NCBI RefSeq assembly: GCF_006345805.1
Contig: NW_021825649.1
Location: 1 to 15,169, forward strand
Direction: 5' to 3'
Length of the DNA: 15,169 nt
Source: Octopus sinensis
Taxonomy: Eukaryota
Positions 1 to 8,523 of the stretch are shown one piece after another. The notes beneath the pieces are model-generated. The model was given only the letters and a program-made list of their open reading frames with translations, did not search any database and had not been told where the DNA came from. How positions within the stretch are numbered: the first letter of the stretch is position 1; each line of letters begins with the position of its first letter. The position numbers and the translations under genes are program-made.

Positions 1-72
1 CCTATCTATCTATTTATTTACACACATGCACACACATTCACACACACATGCATATAGATAGAAGCGGCGTTT

Positions 73-104
73 TTGTTGTTGTTTTTGTGTTGTTGTTGTT
101 GTTA

Positions 105-135
<31 letters not shown>
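73..135. repeat. (GTT)n/(GCT)n compound microsatellite
   Basis: Direct reading: degenerate gttgtt run followed by a pure (gct)n run. Confidence 0.9.
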
Positions 136-137
<2 letters not shown>

Positions 138-189
138 AAGTATTAGCTTTAATCATTTATTTTGATCATAATTACTTTCATAACTGCAT

Positions 190-621
190 TGTTAACATCA
201 TCATCATTATTATCATCTTCATTATCATCAATGATCTTGCAACCACCTCTATCGCCATCTTCACAATCACCACCACTACCATCCTCCTCCTCCTCCTCCT
301 CCTCCTTATCATCATCATCATCATCATCATCACTACCACCAGCAACTCCATCACCACCGGCACCACACTCGGCCATTATCATCATCATCATCATCACCAC
401 CACCAACTCCAAAACACTACTTCGCCATCACTATCACCACCACCGTCGTCATCATCATCATCATCACCACCACCACTACCACCACACGATCATCATTAAC
501 AGCATTATCTTCTGCATCATTGTCATTTCCATTATTAATCTCGTCATCACCAACTACCACTACCGACATTATTATTATAATTATAATTATATCATCGTCA
601 TCATCATCGTCATCATCATCG

Positions 622-666
<45 letters not shown>

Positions 667-1016
667 GTATCATCATCTCCCTCATCATCTTTTTCTTCAT
701 TACCATACTTGTCAGCATCGACATTATCGCCTCATCCCCACTGTCACCACGATCACCACTTTCCTCCCCTCCTCCTCCTCATCATCATCGTCACCATCAT
801 CATTAAAATCCTTACCACTACCACCACCACCACCACCACCTCTACCGCCACTATCGCCATCATCATCTTTATCGTCACCGCAAACACCACCATCACCGCC
901 ATCACAACCACAACAGCTACCATCATCACCATCAGTACCAGCACCGTCATCAACGTCATCCTCCGCACCACCAACAAAACCATCACCACCACTACCACCA
1001 CCACCATCATCATCAC

Positions 1017-1051
<35 letters not shown>

Positions 1052-1205
1052 CATCATCACCATCAGTACCAGCACCGTCATCATCCGCACCACCAACAAA
1101 ACCATCCACCACTACCACCACCACCATCACCACTACCACCACCGCCATCACTACCACCACCGCCATCATCACCATCATCATCATCATCATCATCATCATC
1201 ACCAG
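190..1205. repeat. Long degenerate (CAT)n/(CAC)n/(CCT)n trinucleotide low-complexity tract
   Basis: About 1 kb dominated by catcat, caccac and cctcct. It explains the overlapping poly-S/I/H/T/M/V ORFs on both strands. Confidence 0.95.
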
Positions 1206-1379
1206 CAACCGAATCACAATAACCAAATGTATACAATGCCTTCAATTATATGAGATAATTAGCGTTAATAATTAGTGTATATACTTTCATTTTATTTCTT
1301 TTTTTTTTTTAATTTTGGTGGTCCGTGACAAACTAGAGAGTATGTAATTAATGTCTCGTAATTAATACAGTATCGCACG

Positions 1380-1790
1380 TGTTGTTGTTGTTGTGGTGGT
1401 GGTGGAGGTGGTGGCGGTGGTGATGGTGGTGGTGGATTTCATTATCGATTTTGTTGTCGATTTTTATTGTTGTTACTGTTGCTGGAGTAGATTTATATCT
1501 AGCTGCTGCAATTATACTTTTATTTGTTGTTGTCGCTGTTGTTGTTGTGTGTTTTTGTTTTTGACCTTGTAGTTGTTGTTCCTGTTGTTGTCGTTGTTGT
1601 TGTTGCAGATTTATTGTTGGTAGGGCATTCCTTGTTGTTGCAATTGTAAATAATGTTACTGCTATAACAGATTTTACTTTTAGATGCTGTCGTTGTTGTT
1701 GTTGTTGTGAATGATGTTGCAATTCCAGTTGATGTAATTTATACATTATTGCTGTTGTTGTTGTTGTTGTTATTATTACTGTATGAGATT
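1380..1790. repeat. Degenerate (GTT)n/(GGT)n low-complexity tract
   Basis: Repeated gttgttgtt and ggtggt runs separated by AT-rich spacers. Confidence 0.85.
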
Positions 1791-1995
1791 CTATTTCTAG
1801 TTGTAATTGTTGTTGTTGGTGGTGTTCTCAGTGTGCGTTTTATATCTAATTGTTTTTATCATTATTGAAATTCTAGTTCTTGTAATTGCAATTGTACTCG
1901 TCTGTTTATTTCTTAAAATGAAGTAGTTTTCTTGAAGCATTGTGTGATATGACATGAATGACACTTGTTGTTGAAGGCCGAGCAATGCGAGAAAA

Positions 1996-2390
1996 TCTTT
2001 ATATATAAAAGTAAGGTTGTGTGCCTGTCTCCTACGATTTAGATTCCTAACTACTCCCACATTTTGCGGTGCAGTTTAACCAAAACCGGGTATCTTATAG
2101 TCGTGATTCATATCGAGCCCTTCTGGGTATTAGCGCGCGTCTACGATGAGTCTGCGATTTAAAAAAAAATTTCCATCATTTTTTCCATTTTAATGCATTT
2201 TTTCGCTATTATATAAGGGAAGTAACTCTCTAAAAATGTCTACGATGAGTCAACGATTTAAAAAAAGATTTACCATCATTTTTTTCCATTTTTAATGCAT
2301 TTTTTGGCTAATTTTTGGCTATAACTCTCTAAAAATGCTTATACAGTTATTTGCCTTACAAACCCGAGCAACGCCGGGCGATACTGCTAG
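1996..2390 (+). mobile_element. Non-autonomous Helitron, copy 1 (395 bp)
   Basis: Starts with TC after an A (gaaaa|TCTTTATATATAAAAG) and ends CTAG|T at 2390/2391. An imperfect GC-rich hairpin (cccgagcaacgccggg, 2363-2378) lies about 12 nt before the end. No TSD. These are canonical Helitron hallmarks, and a homologous copy with matching termini lies at 6025-6416 (-). Confidence 0.85.
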
Positions 2391-2451
2391 TATAAAATAA
2401 ACAATTAGTTTTAGTTTTCACTTATATTTCTTTATTACCTTATATTTTTTT

Positions 2452-2793
2452 TATTTCAGGGTTACGAGCCCTTCTTCGGGACATGCGGAAACGTTCGAAT
2501 AAGACAACATATGGGCACAGGAGTTCGATGTATCCATCAAAACTACTCAACGTAACGGGAGCAATCCTAAAATCATGGAGGTCCTCCTTATCAACAAACT
2601 GATACAAGAAAACAAAACACGGGGAAGAACTACACGAAGCACACTGGTTACTATAGCAATATAGCAACACCAGTCTGCGCATGTCACCTTCCGTCTCCTT
2701 CCTTCTCACCCCCCTCCCCACAGACTGAGCAAGGGCTTTTCCTATCCTTCGCATTTTCAGAAATCCTGAAAAAGTTGTTATAGGCCCGAAATA
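2452..2793 (+). mobile_element. Possible decayed Penelope-like element remnant (GIY-YIG C-terminus-like peptide flanked by hammerhead-core-like motifs)
   Basis: 2505-2510 reads QH. After a frameshift, 2521-2601 reads EFDVSIKTTQRNGSNPKIMEVLLINKL, resembling the F-x-I...N...KI-x-E-x-L-x-I-x-x-L tail of Penelope endonucleases (from memory). Related 29-nt cc[t/c]gaa[a/g]aag...c[c/t]gaaata motifs lie at 2765-2793 (+) and 2452-2480 (-). Confidence 0.35.
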
Positions 2794-2811
2794 TAGAACT
2801 TACAACTTTGT

Positions 2812-3022
2812 TTTTATTCTTTTATTCTTTTACTTGTTTCAGTCATTCGACTGCGGCCATGCTGGAGCACCACCTTTAGTTGAACAAATCGACCGCGGAA
2901 CTTACTCTTTGTAAGCCTAATACTTATTCTTTTGGTCGCTTTGCCGAACCGCTAAGTTACCGGAACGTAAGCGCATCAACATGGGTTGTCAAGTAGGGGG
3001 GGCACAGAGAAATATAACAAAC
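2812..3022 (-). mobile_element. SINE family A, 3' half only
   Basis: Reverse complement aligns with 4740-4945 (cttagcggttcggcaaa; gctccagcatggccgcagtcgaatgactgaaacaag; (gaataaaa)n tail). Homology stops at the internal (TA)n tract and the head is absent. Confidence 0.9.
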
Positions 3023-3043
3023 ATATATATATACATATACATA

Positions 3044-3122
<79 letters not shown>
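3022..3122. repeat. (TA)n microsatellite at the position of the SINE A internal microsatellite
   Basis: Direct reading; about 100 bp of TA with a few interruptions. Confidence 0.95.
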
Positions 3123-3124
<2 letters not shown>

Positions 3125-3125
<1 letters not shown>

Positions 3126-3269
3126 ATAAGGGACATCAGCCATCTGAATGTGGCTAGGGACAGGGCAGGGCGGTGGGGGTGTTACTGATGCATTTAGCCC
3201 CAGGCGATCATCAACGTCACCAGGAGGGCTGACACCATCACGGTGTCCTCTAGCCTGCAAAGGGAGATC
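3125..3269 (+). repeat. Local duplication copy 1: 103-bp direct repeat plus 41-bp cassette in orientation 1
   Basis: 3125-3227 matches 3480-3582 with one mismatch (3171 c vs 3526 t). 3228-3268 is the exact reverse complement of 3583-3623. Confidence 0.95.
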
Positions 3270-3479
3270 ATTCCCGAAGAAGCGGATGCCACATACGGAC
3301 CTAGGTTTCAAGGTATTTGCCTATTATCAATGCATGGCAGGCACCGCTCCCCGACGAATAACTCTCTGTGCAGGCTATATTTAAAGATTTTCACAGTAAA
3401 TACATTTACTGATGTAGAAAATCCGTTCGAAAGCAATAATAATTCTCTAAACGAGATATAAACAGTAACTGCTCCATAA

Positions 3480-3631
3480 CATAAGGGACATCAGCCATCT
3501 GAATGTGGCTAGGGACAGGGCAGGGTGGTGGGGGTGTTACTGATGCATTTAGCCCCAGGCGATCATCAACGTCACCAGGAGGATCTCCCTTTGCAGGCTA
3601 GAGGACACCGTGATGGTGTCAGCCCTCCTGG
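3480..3631 (+). repeat. Local duplication copy 2: 103-bp direct repeat plus 41-bp cassette in orientation 2 between 8-bp inverted repeats
   Basis: ccaggagg (3575-3582) and cctcctgg (3624-3631) are perfect inverted repeats enclosing 3583-3623. Confidence 0.95.
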
Positions 3632-3634
3632 CAG

Positions 3635-4030
3635 CGGAGGTGTTGGTGGTAGTAGTTGTGGTGGCAGTGGTGGTTGCCGTGGCGGTAGTGGTGATGTTGC
3701 GTATGGTGGTGGTTGTGATGCTGGTACTGATGCTGCTCATGAATGTTATGAAGGTACTGGAGGTATTCATGGTGGTTGTGGTGGTGGTGGTAGTGGTTGT
3801 GGTATCGTTGGTGGTAGTAGTGTCGTTGGTAGTGGTGGTGGTGGTGGTGGTAGTGATGTTTCTCATGAGGATAATGAAGGCACTGGTGATATTGGTGGTG
3901 GTTATGGTGGTGGGGGTGGCATTGGTGGTGGTAGTGGTAGTGGTAGTGATGTTGTTCTTGAGGGTTACGGGGGTAATGGTGGTGGCGATATTGATGGTGG
4001 TTTTTATGGTGGTGGCAATGGTAACGATCA
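3635..4030. repeat. Degenerate (GGT)n-rich tract with three related internal units
   Basis: GGT/AGT/GAT-rich, with related units starting at 3729, 3855 and 3948. Confidence 0.85.
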
Positions 4031-4203
4031 AATGGGAGTTCGTGTCAGTGTTGGCTAGTGGTCAATATTCAGTTGTCTTTCTTATTCCCGTTGTTGTTGT
4101 TGTTGTTGTTGATGATGATGTTGTTGTTACTGCTTCAAAGTTAAAACGCTGTTAGGTCAGCTGTACAGTAAAAACACCATGACCACACCTAACACAACAT
4201 TGT

Positions 4204-4445
4204 CAACAACAATAACAATAATAACAACAATAATAATAATCCTTTGTAACGCGGGCACGAGGCCTGAAGTTTTGAGTGAGGTGGACTAGTCGATTATATC
4301 AACACTAGTGTTCTACAGGTATTTATTTTATCGACCCCGAAAGGATAAAAGGCAAAGTCGATCTCGGAAGGATTTGAACTCAGAAAGTAAAGACCTGATA
4401 AAATGCTGTTTAGGCTTTTTCCCGCCGTGCTAACGATCCTGCCAC
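4204..4445 (-). mobile_element. SINE family C (tRNA head plus central gactttgcctt(t)catcctttcggggtcgataaa domain), diverged copy with (ATT/GTT)n tail
   Basis: Minus strand reads ggcaggatcgttagcacgg (A-box-like), gagttcaaatcc (B-box-like), gatcgactttgccttttatcctttcggggtcgataaaataaatacc. The same core recurs at 10469-10591. The core resembles the Meta-type SINE domain as recalled; unverified. Confidence 0.8.
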
Positions 4446-4523
4446 TGAGGTGTCAGTTTTTGACGGGAGGAAAAAGGTCAATTACATATCAACTGCTCCC
4501 TTTTCAGACGAATTCGAAAGGAT
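4446..4523 (-). mobile_element. SINE family C, 3' portion of a second diverged copy split by the SINE A insertion
   Basis: Minus strand atcctttcgaattcgtctgaaaagggagcagttgatatgtaattgacc loosely aligns with family C atcctttcgggtcgataaataaagtaccagtt...atgtaatcgact. It continues the fragment at 4946-5031. Confidence 0.5.
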
Positions 4524-4525
4524 TA

Positions 4526-4945
4526 GGCGCAGGAGTGGCTGTGTGGTAAGTAGCTTGCTAACCAACCACATGGTTCCGGGTTCAGTCCCACTGCGTGGCA
4601 TCTTGGGCAAGTGTCTTCTGCTATAGCCCCGGGCTGACCAAAGCCTTGTGAGTGGATTTGGTAGACGGAAACTGAAAGAAGCCTGTCGTATATATGTATA
4701 TGTATATGTATGTGTGTGTGTTTGTGTGTCTGTGTTTGTCCCCCTAGCATTGCTTGACAACCGATGCTGGTGTGTTTACGTCCCCGTCACTTAGCGGTTC
4801 GGCAAAAGAGACCGATAGAATAAGTACTGGGCTTACAAAGAATAAGTCCCGGGGTCGATTTGCTCGAGTAAAGGCGGTGCTCCAGCATGACCGCAGTCAA
4901 ATGATTGAAACAAGTAAAAGAGTAAAAAGAGTAAAGAGTAAAAGA
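4526..4945 (+). mobile_element. SINE family A, full-length (tRNA-derived head, CORE-like cttgggcaagt motif, internal TA/TG microsatellite, LINE-like 3' tail)
   Basis: A-box-like tggctgtgtgg, B-box-like ggttcagtccc and a (gagtaaaa)n tail. Homologous copies lie at 7763-8238 (-), 2812-3022 (-), 7672-7750, 9017-9110 and 14966-15169. It resembles tRNA-derived octopus SINEs from memory; exact family name not assigned. Confidence 0.92.
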
Positions 4946-5031
4946 GATGAAGGCAAAGCCAGTCACGATGGAATTTGAAACAGGGAATAAAGAAGCGAAA
5001 GAAACGCCGCTAAGCATTTTGCAGGCACACC
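4946..5031 (-). mobile_element. SINE family C, 5' portion (head) of the split copy
   Basis: Minus strand gcaaaatgcttagcggcgtttc...tgtttcaaattccatcgtgactggctttgccttcatc matches the family C head and the start of its core. Confidence 0.7.
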
Positions 5032-5319
5032 GGATTAGTCCATACTTTGGGCACAGGCCCTTAGCTCAAACCATAGGCACAAGCCCTTGGTTATTCCATG
5101 ATTGCACATCGTTAGCTAAAACCATGGAAACATGTTTTTAGCACAAGCTCTTAATTCAAGACGTGCTAATACAAAAATTTGAAGCCTGCTGCAACAACAA
5201 CGCCAAAAGCAACAACAAATCAAACTAGAAATTAATCAATTGTATGTTAATTAGCAGCTCATAGATATGCAATTGAGGGCAGCAGGTAGTTAATGATATT
5301 AAAGATTGGCAGAGTTTGG

Positions 5320-5604
5320 GAGGTCGATTGGGAGAGAAGGGTGAAGGGAGGAGTCAGAGGGAAAGAGAGAGGGAGAGAGAAGGGAAACAGGAAAGACCGA
5401 GAAGCTTTGAAGATGTAGTGGTGAGGAGACAGAGAAATAAATAAGAAAGAATGAGAGAGAATTAGGAGAGGGTTTGAAAGTGAAAGTAGCAGTGTTGAAC
5501 CTTGAGCGAGAAGTGGGAGGAGAGGAAAGACAGAGAGAAGGATGAACGGAAAGGCAAGACTGGAGTAAGACGAGTACAAATAGAGCGCATGCGCGATAGA
5601 GAAA

Positions 5605-5641
<37 letters not shown>

Positions 5642-5900
5642 GAGGAGGGAGTAACAGAAGGAAAGAGGGGAAAGTGCGGGAAGGGACACGATAAAGTGAC
5701 AGTTGAGAGAATAGAAAAATTGAGAATTGCTGAGAGGAGAGACATAGAGAGGAAGAGAGATTGAACATGAAAGAAAGATCAGTAAGATGAGAAAGAGAAA
5801 CGATGATGCGAGCAGAAAAGAAAAGAAGAAGATGAGGAGGAGGAGGATGCTGATGATTGAAAGGAGGAGGAGGAGGAGGAAGGGGATAATTGACGAGCAA
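5320..5900. repeat. Polypurine (GA/GAA/GGA-rich) low-complexity tract including (GA)n and (GGA)n runs
   Basis: Strong purine bias on the + strand, with pure (ga)n at about 5607-5635 and (gga)n at about 5835-5880. Confidence 0.85.
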
Positions 5901-5920
5901 GAATTGAAAAAGACTTTCTG

Positions 5921-5939
5921 TTATATATATATATATATA

Positions 5940-6023
<84 letters not shown>
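5921..6023. repeat. (TA)n microsatellite
   Basis: Direct reading; it abuts the 3' end of Helitron copy 2. Confidence 0.95.
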
Positions 6024-6024
<1 letters not shown>

Positions 6025-6416
6025 CTAGCAGTATCGCCCGGCGTTGCTCGGGTTTGTAAGGGAAATAACTATATAACTATATAAGCATTTTTAGAGATGT
6101 AAGTATAATAGCCATCTCAATATGGCTAACAACAAAGGGGGGTGTTACTGTAGCTTTTTACGTTCTGAGATTTAATGATACATTTTTAGAGAGTTACTTC
6201 CCTTATATAATAGCAAAAAAATGCATTAAAAAGGGAAAAAATTATGGTAATTTTTTTTTTAATCGTAGACTCATCGTAGACGCGCGCTAATACCCAGAAC
6301 GGTTCGATACGAATCACAACTATAAGATACCCGCTTTTGGTTACACTGCACCGCAAAATGTGGTAGTAGTTAGGAATCTAAATCGTAGGAGACAACCTCA
6401 CTTTTATATATAGAGA
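6025..6416 (-). mobile_element. Non-autonomous Helitron, copy 2 (392 bp), inverted relative to copy 1
   Basis: Minus strand starts A|TCTCTATATATAAAAG (6416) and ends cccgagcaacgccgggcgatactgCTAG|T (6025), with the same terminal ~38 nt as copy 1. Confidence 0.85.
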
Positions 6417-7039
6417 TATATATATATGGATATCTTAATTATCGATATATTTACTTGTTAATACATATCTCTACTATAATAGAGATATGTATTAACATAT
6501 CAATTAGGTATGTAACAAATTACTGAAAGTGCTAAAAGAAAGCAATTATTAAAATGTTGACCTTCTGGAAATATTTTTATTAATTCATGTTCTAAGAAAT
6601 TTCCCATAATTTCGAATTCTCAAGTTTATTGAATTTTTAACTCCAATTTCTCGCAAATTTAAATATTCACCGCTTCCAAAACATAACAAATTTAAATATT
6701 CGTTGCATTCACTGCGGCGTACTCCATTTTCATTTGTAGTCTCTTACTTTCTCTTTTAAATTTTATGGTACTATTAATGTATATGTAATATTAATATATT
6801 ATTTATTCAATGAAAATGTCTTAAAATACTCGTATAATTTTTGAACGCGAGATAGCTGTGAGAAGAGTCTAGAAAGTTGAATAATTACTTTTGGAAGAGA
6901 AGGAGAAAAAAAGACAAAAATTTACCGACAAGCACTCGAAAGTTGCATCTTATTCACAGTTTCCAAACGCAACTTCAACAGTGAGACATACACACTCGCG
7001 CACACACATAAATACATATAGACACAAATCAAAAACAAT

Positions 7040-7142
7040 GAATGTGTGTATGCGTGTGTGTGTGTGTGCGTTTGTATATGTATGTGTGTGTATGCTTTCG
7101 TGCGTACGTGCATACGTGCGTGTGTGTGGGTGGGTGTGCGTG
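7040..7142. repeat. Degenerate (TG)n/(TGCG)n microsatellite
   Basis: Direct reading. Confidence 0.85.
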
Positions 7143-7671
7143 TACTGTTCCCTGACAAACATTCGTGCTGCATCACTTTTGTGAAGTTTTTTCGGTGAAC
7201 AGGTCGCGGTTTCAAAGCGACGAAAATATTTTGACACAAATGAAGTTTTAATGTTAAAGTGAAAGTAACGGTATTTGTGTGTTTTTGTATGGTTTACACA
7301 CATCTTCCACGCTGCAATTGTTTTTATTTCTGCACACGACCTCAGATCAAGTCACTTGCTATGCAAGTACATATTCGTAATTCTTTTAAATCACTGTGGA
7401 TAAATAACAGCAATGACATTCTCGGGCTCTCAAATATTCTATTTCCGAAACAGAAACAATCAGGGAGGGGGGCAGGGAGTGGGGTTGCAAAAAATTCAAC
7501 ATTTCTCAAATTTTCTTTTTTTTATAGTATATAAATATATTTATGGGGAAAAAATATTGAAAAACATCAATACATGCGAGAGTGATAATGAAACAAGGAG
7601 TGTTCTCTTTGGACGTGCTAGAAACAACAGCCAAAGCGCCCTTAAATCACTTTTACCTCTGAAACTATTAA

Positions 7672-7750
7672 TTAGTTCTGGGGTCAATTAGCTCAACGAA
7701 AGGCGGCGCTCCAGCATAGCCGCAGTCAAATGAAGGAAACAAGTAAAAGA
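7672..7750 (+). mobile_element. SINE family A, short 5'-truncated 3' fragment
   Basis: ggggtcaattagctcaacgaaaggcggcgctccagcatagccgcagtcaaatgaaggaaacaagtaaaaga aligns with 4851-4921. Confidence 0.85.
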
Positions 7751-7762
7751 ATATATATATAT

Positions 7763-7973
7763 TACTCTTTTACTCTTTTACATGTTTCAGTCATTTGACT
7801 GCGACCATGCTGGAGCACCGCCTTCAGTCGAGCAAATCGACCCCGGGACTTATTCTTTGTAAGGCCAGTACTTATTCTATCGGCCTCTTTTGCCGAACCG
7901 CTAAGTGACAGGGATGTAAACACACCAGCATCGGTTGTCAAGCAATGCTAGAGGGACAAACACAGACACACAA

Positions 7974-8067
<94 letters not shown>

Positions 8068-8238
8068 CATATATACGACAGGCTTCTTTCAGTTTCCGTC
8101 TACCAAATCCACTCACAAGGCATTGATCGGCCCGGGGCTATAATAGAATACACTTGCCCAAGGTGCCACGCAGTGGGACTGAACCCGGAACTATGTGGTT
8201 GGTTAGCAAGCTACTTACCACACACCCGCTCCTTCACC
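7763..8238 (-). mobile_element. SINE family A, full-length, with expanded internal (TA)n
   Basis: Reverse complement aligns end-to-end with 4526-4945; the internal TA tract at about 7985-8073 is much longer. Confidence 0.92.
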
Positions 8239-8250
8239 ATATATATATAT

Positions 8251-8523
8251 GGTGAAGGTACGTGTCTCAGTGGTTAGGATAATTGCCGCACGATCGTGAG
8301 TTCGATTGCTAGCAGCGCGTTGTCTCTTGAGCAAGGCAGATCAGTTCATGTTTCTTGAGCTGGCAAAAATGACCATTACCTGTATTTTAAAGGACCAACC
8401 TTGTCACATTCTGTCACGCTGAATCTCCTTGAGAACTACGTTATGGGTTCGCGTGCCTGTAGAGTACTCAGCCACTTGCACATTAATTTCATGAGCAGGC
8501 TGTTCCATTGATCGGAACAACTG
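8251..8523 (+). mobile_element. SINE family B-related, diverged or older subfamily
   Basis: tRNA-like head (cagtggttagg...gagttcgattg). The 3' half (ccttgtcac...cacgctgaat...gagaactacgtta...ctcagccacttgcacattaatttcatgagcagg) aligns with 9770-9910. Confidence 0.8.

Noticed and set aside
149-1275. Long ORFs on both strands (214 aa, 251 aa, 157 aa and others)
   Set aside because: Homopolymeric translations of CAT/CAC triplets, with several frames open at once purely from composition.
2440-2460. Strong-looking splice acceptor (poly-T then ttcag|g)
   Set aside because: No convincing donor or recognisable host reading frame downstream; it overlaps the hammerhead-like motif.
3272-3282. tcccgaagaag 11-mer right after the inverted cassette, also present as reverse complement at 2471-2481
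   Set aside because: Similarity does not extend on either side; an 11-mer match alone could be chance, so it is not used as evidence of a template jump.
4526-4600. tRNA gene (likewise at 9560-9640 and 13040-13119)
   Set aside because: A and B boxes are present, but there is no complete cloverleaf and the sequence continues into multi-copy SINE bodies. These are SINE heads.
5259-6020. ORFs of 213, 148 and 77 aa
   Set aside because: Translations of the polypurine tract and (TA)n, with no domain-like sequence.
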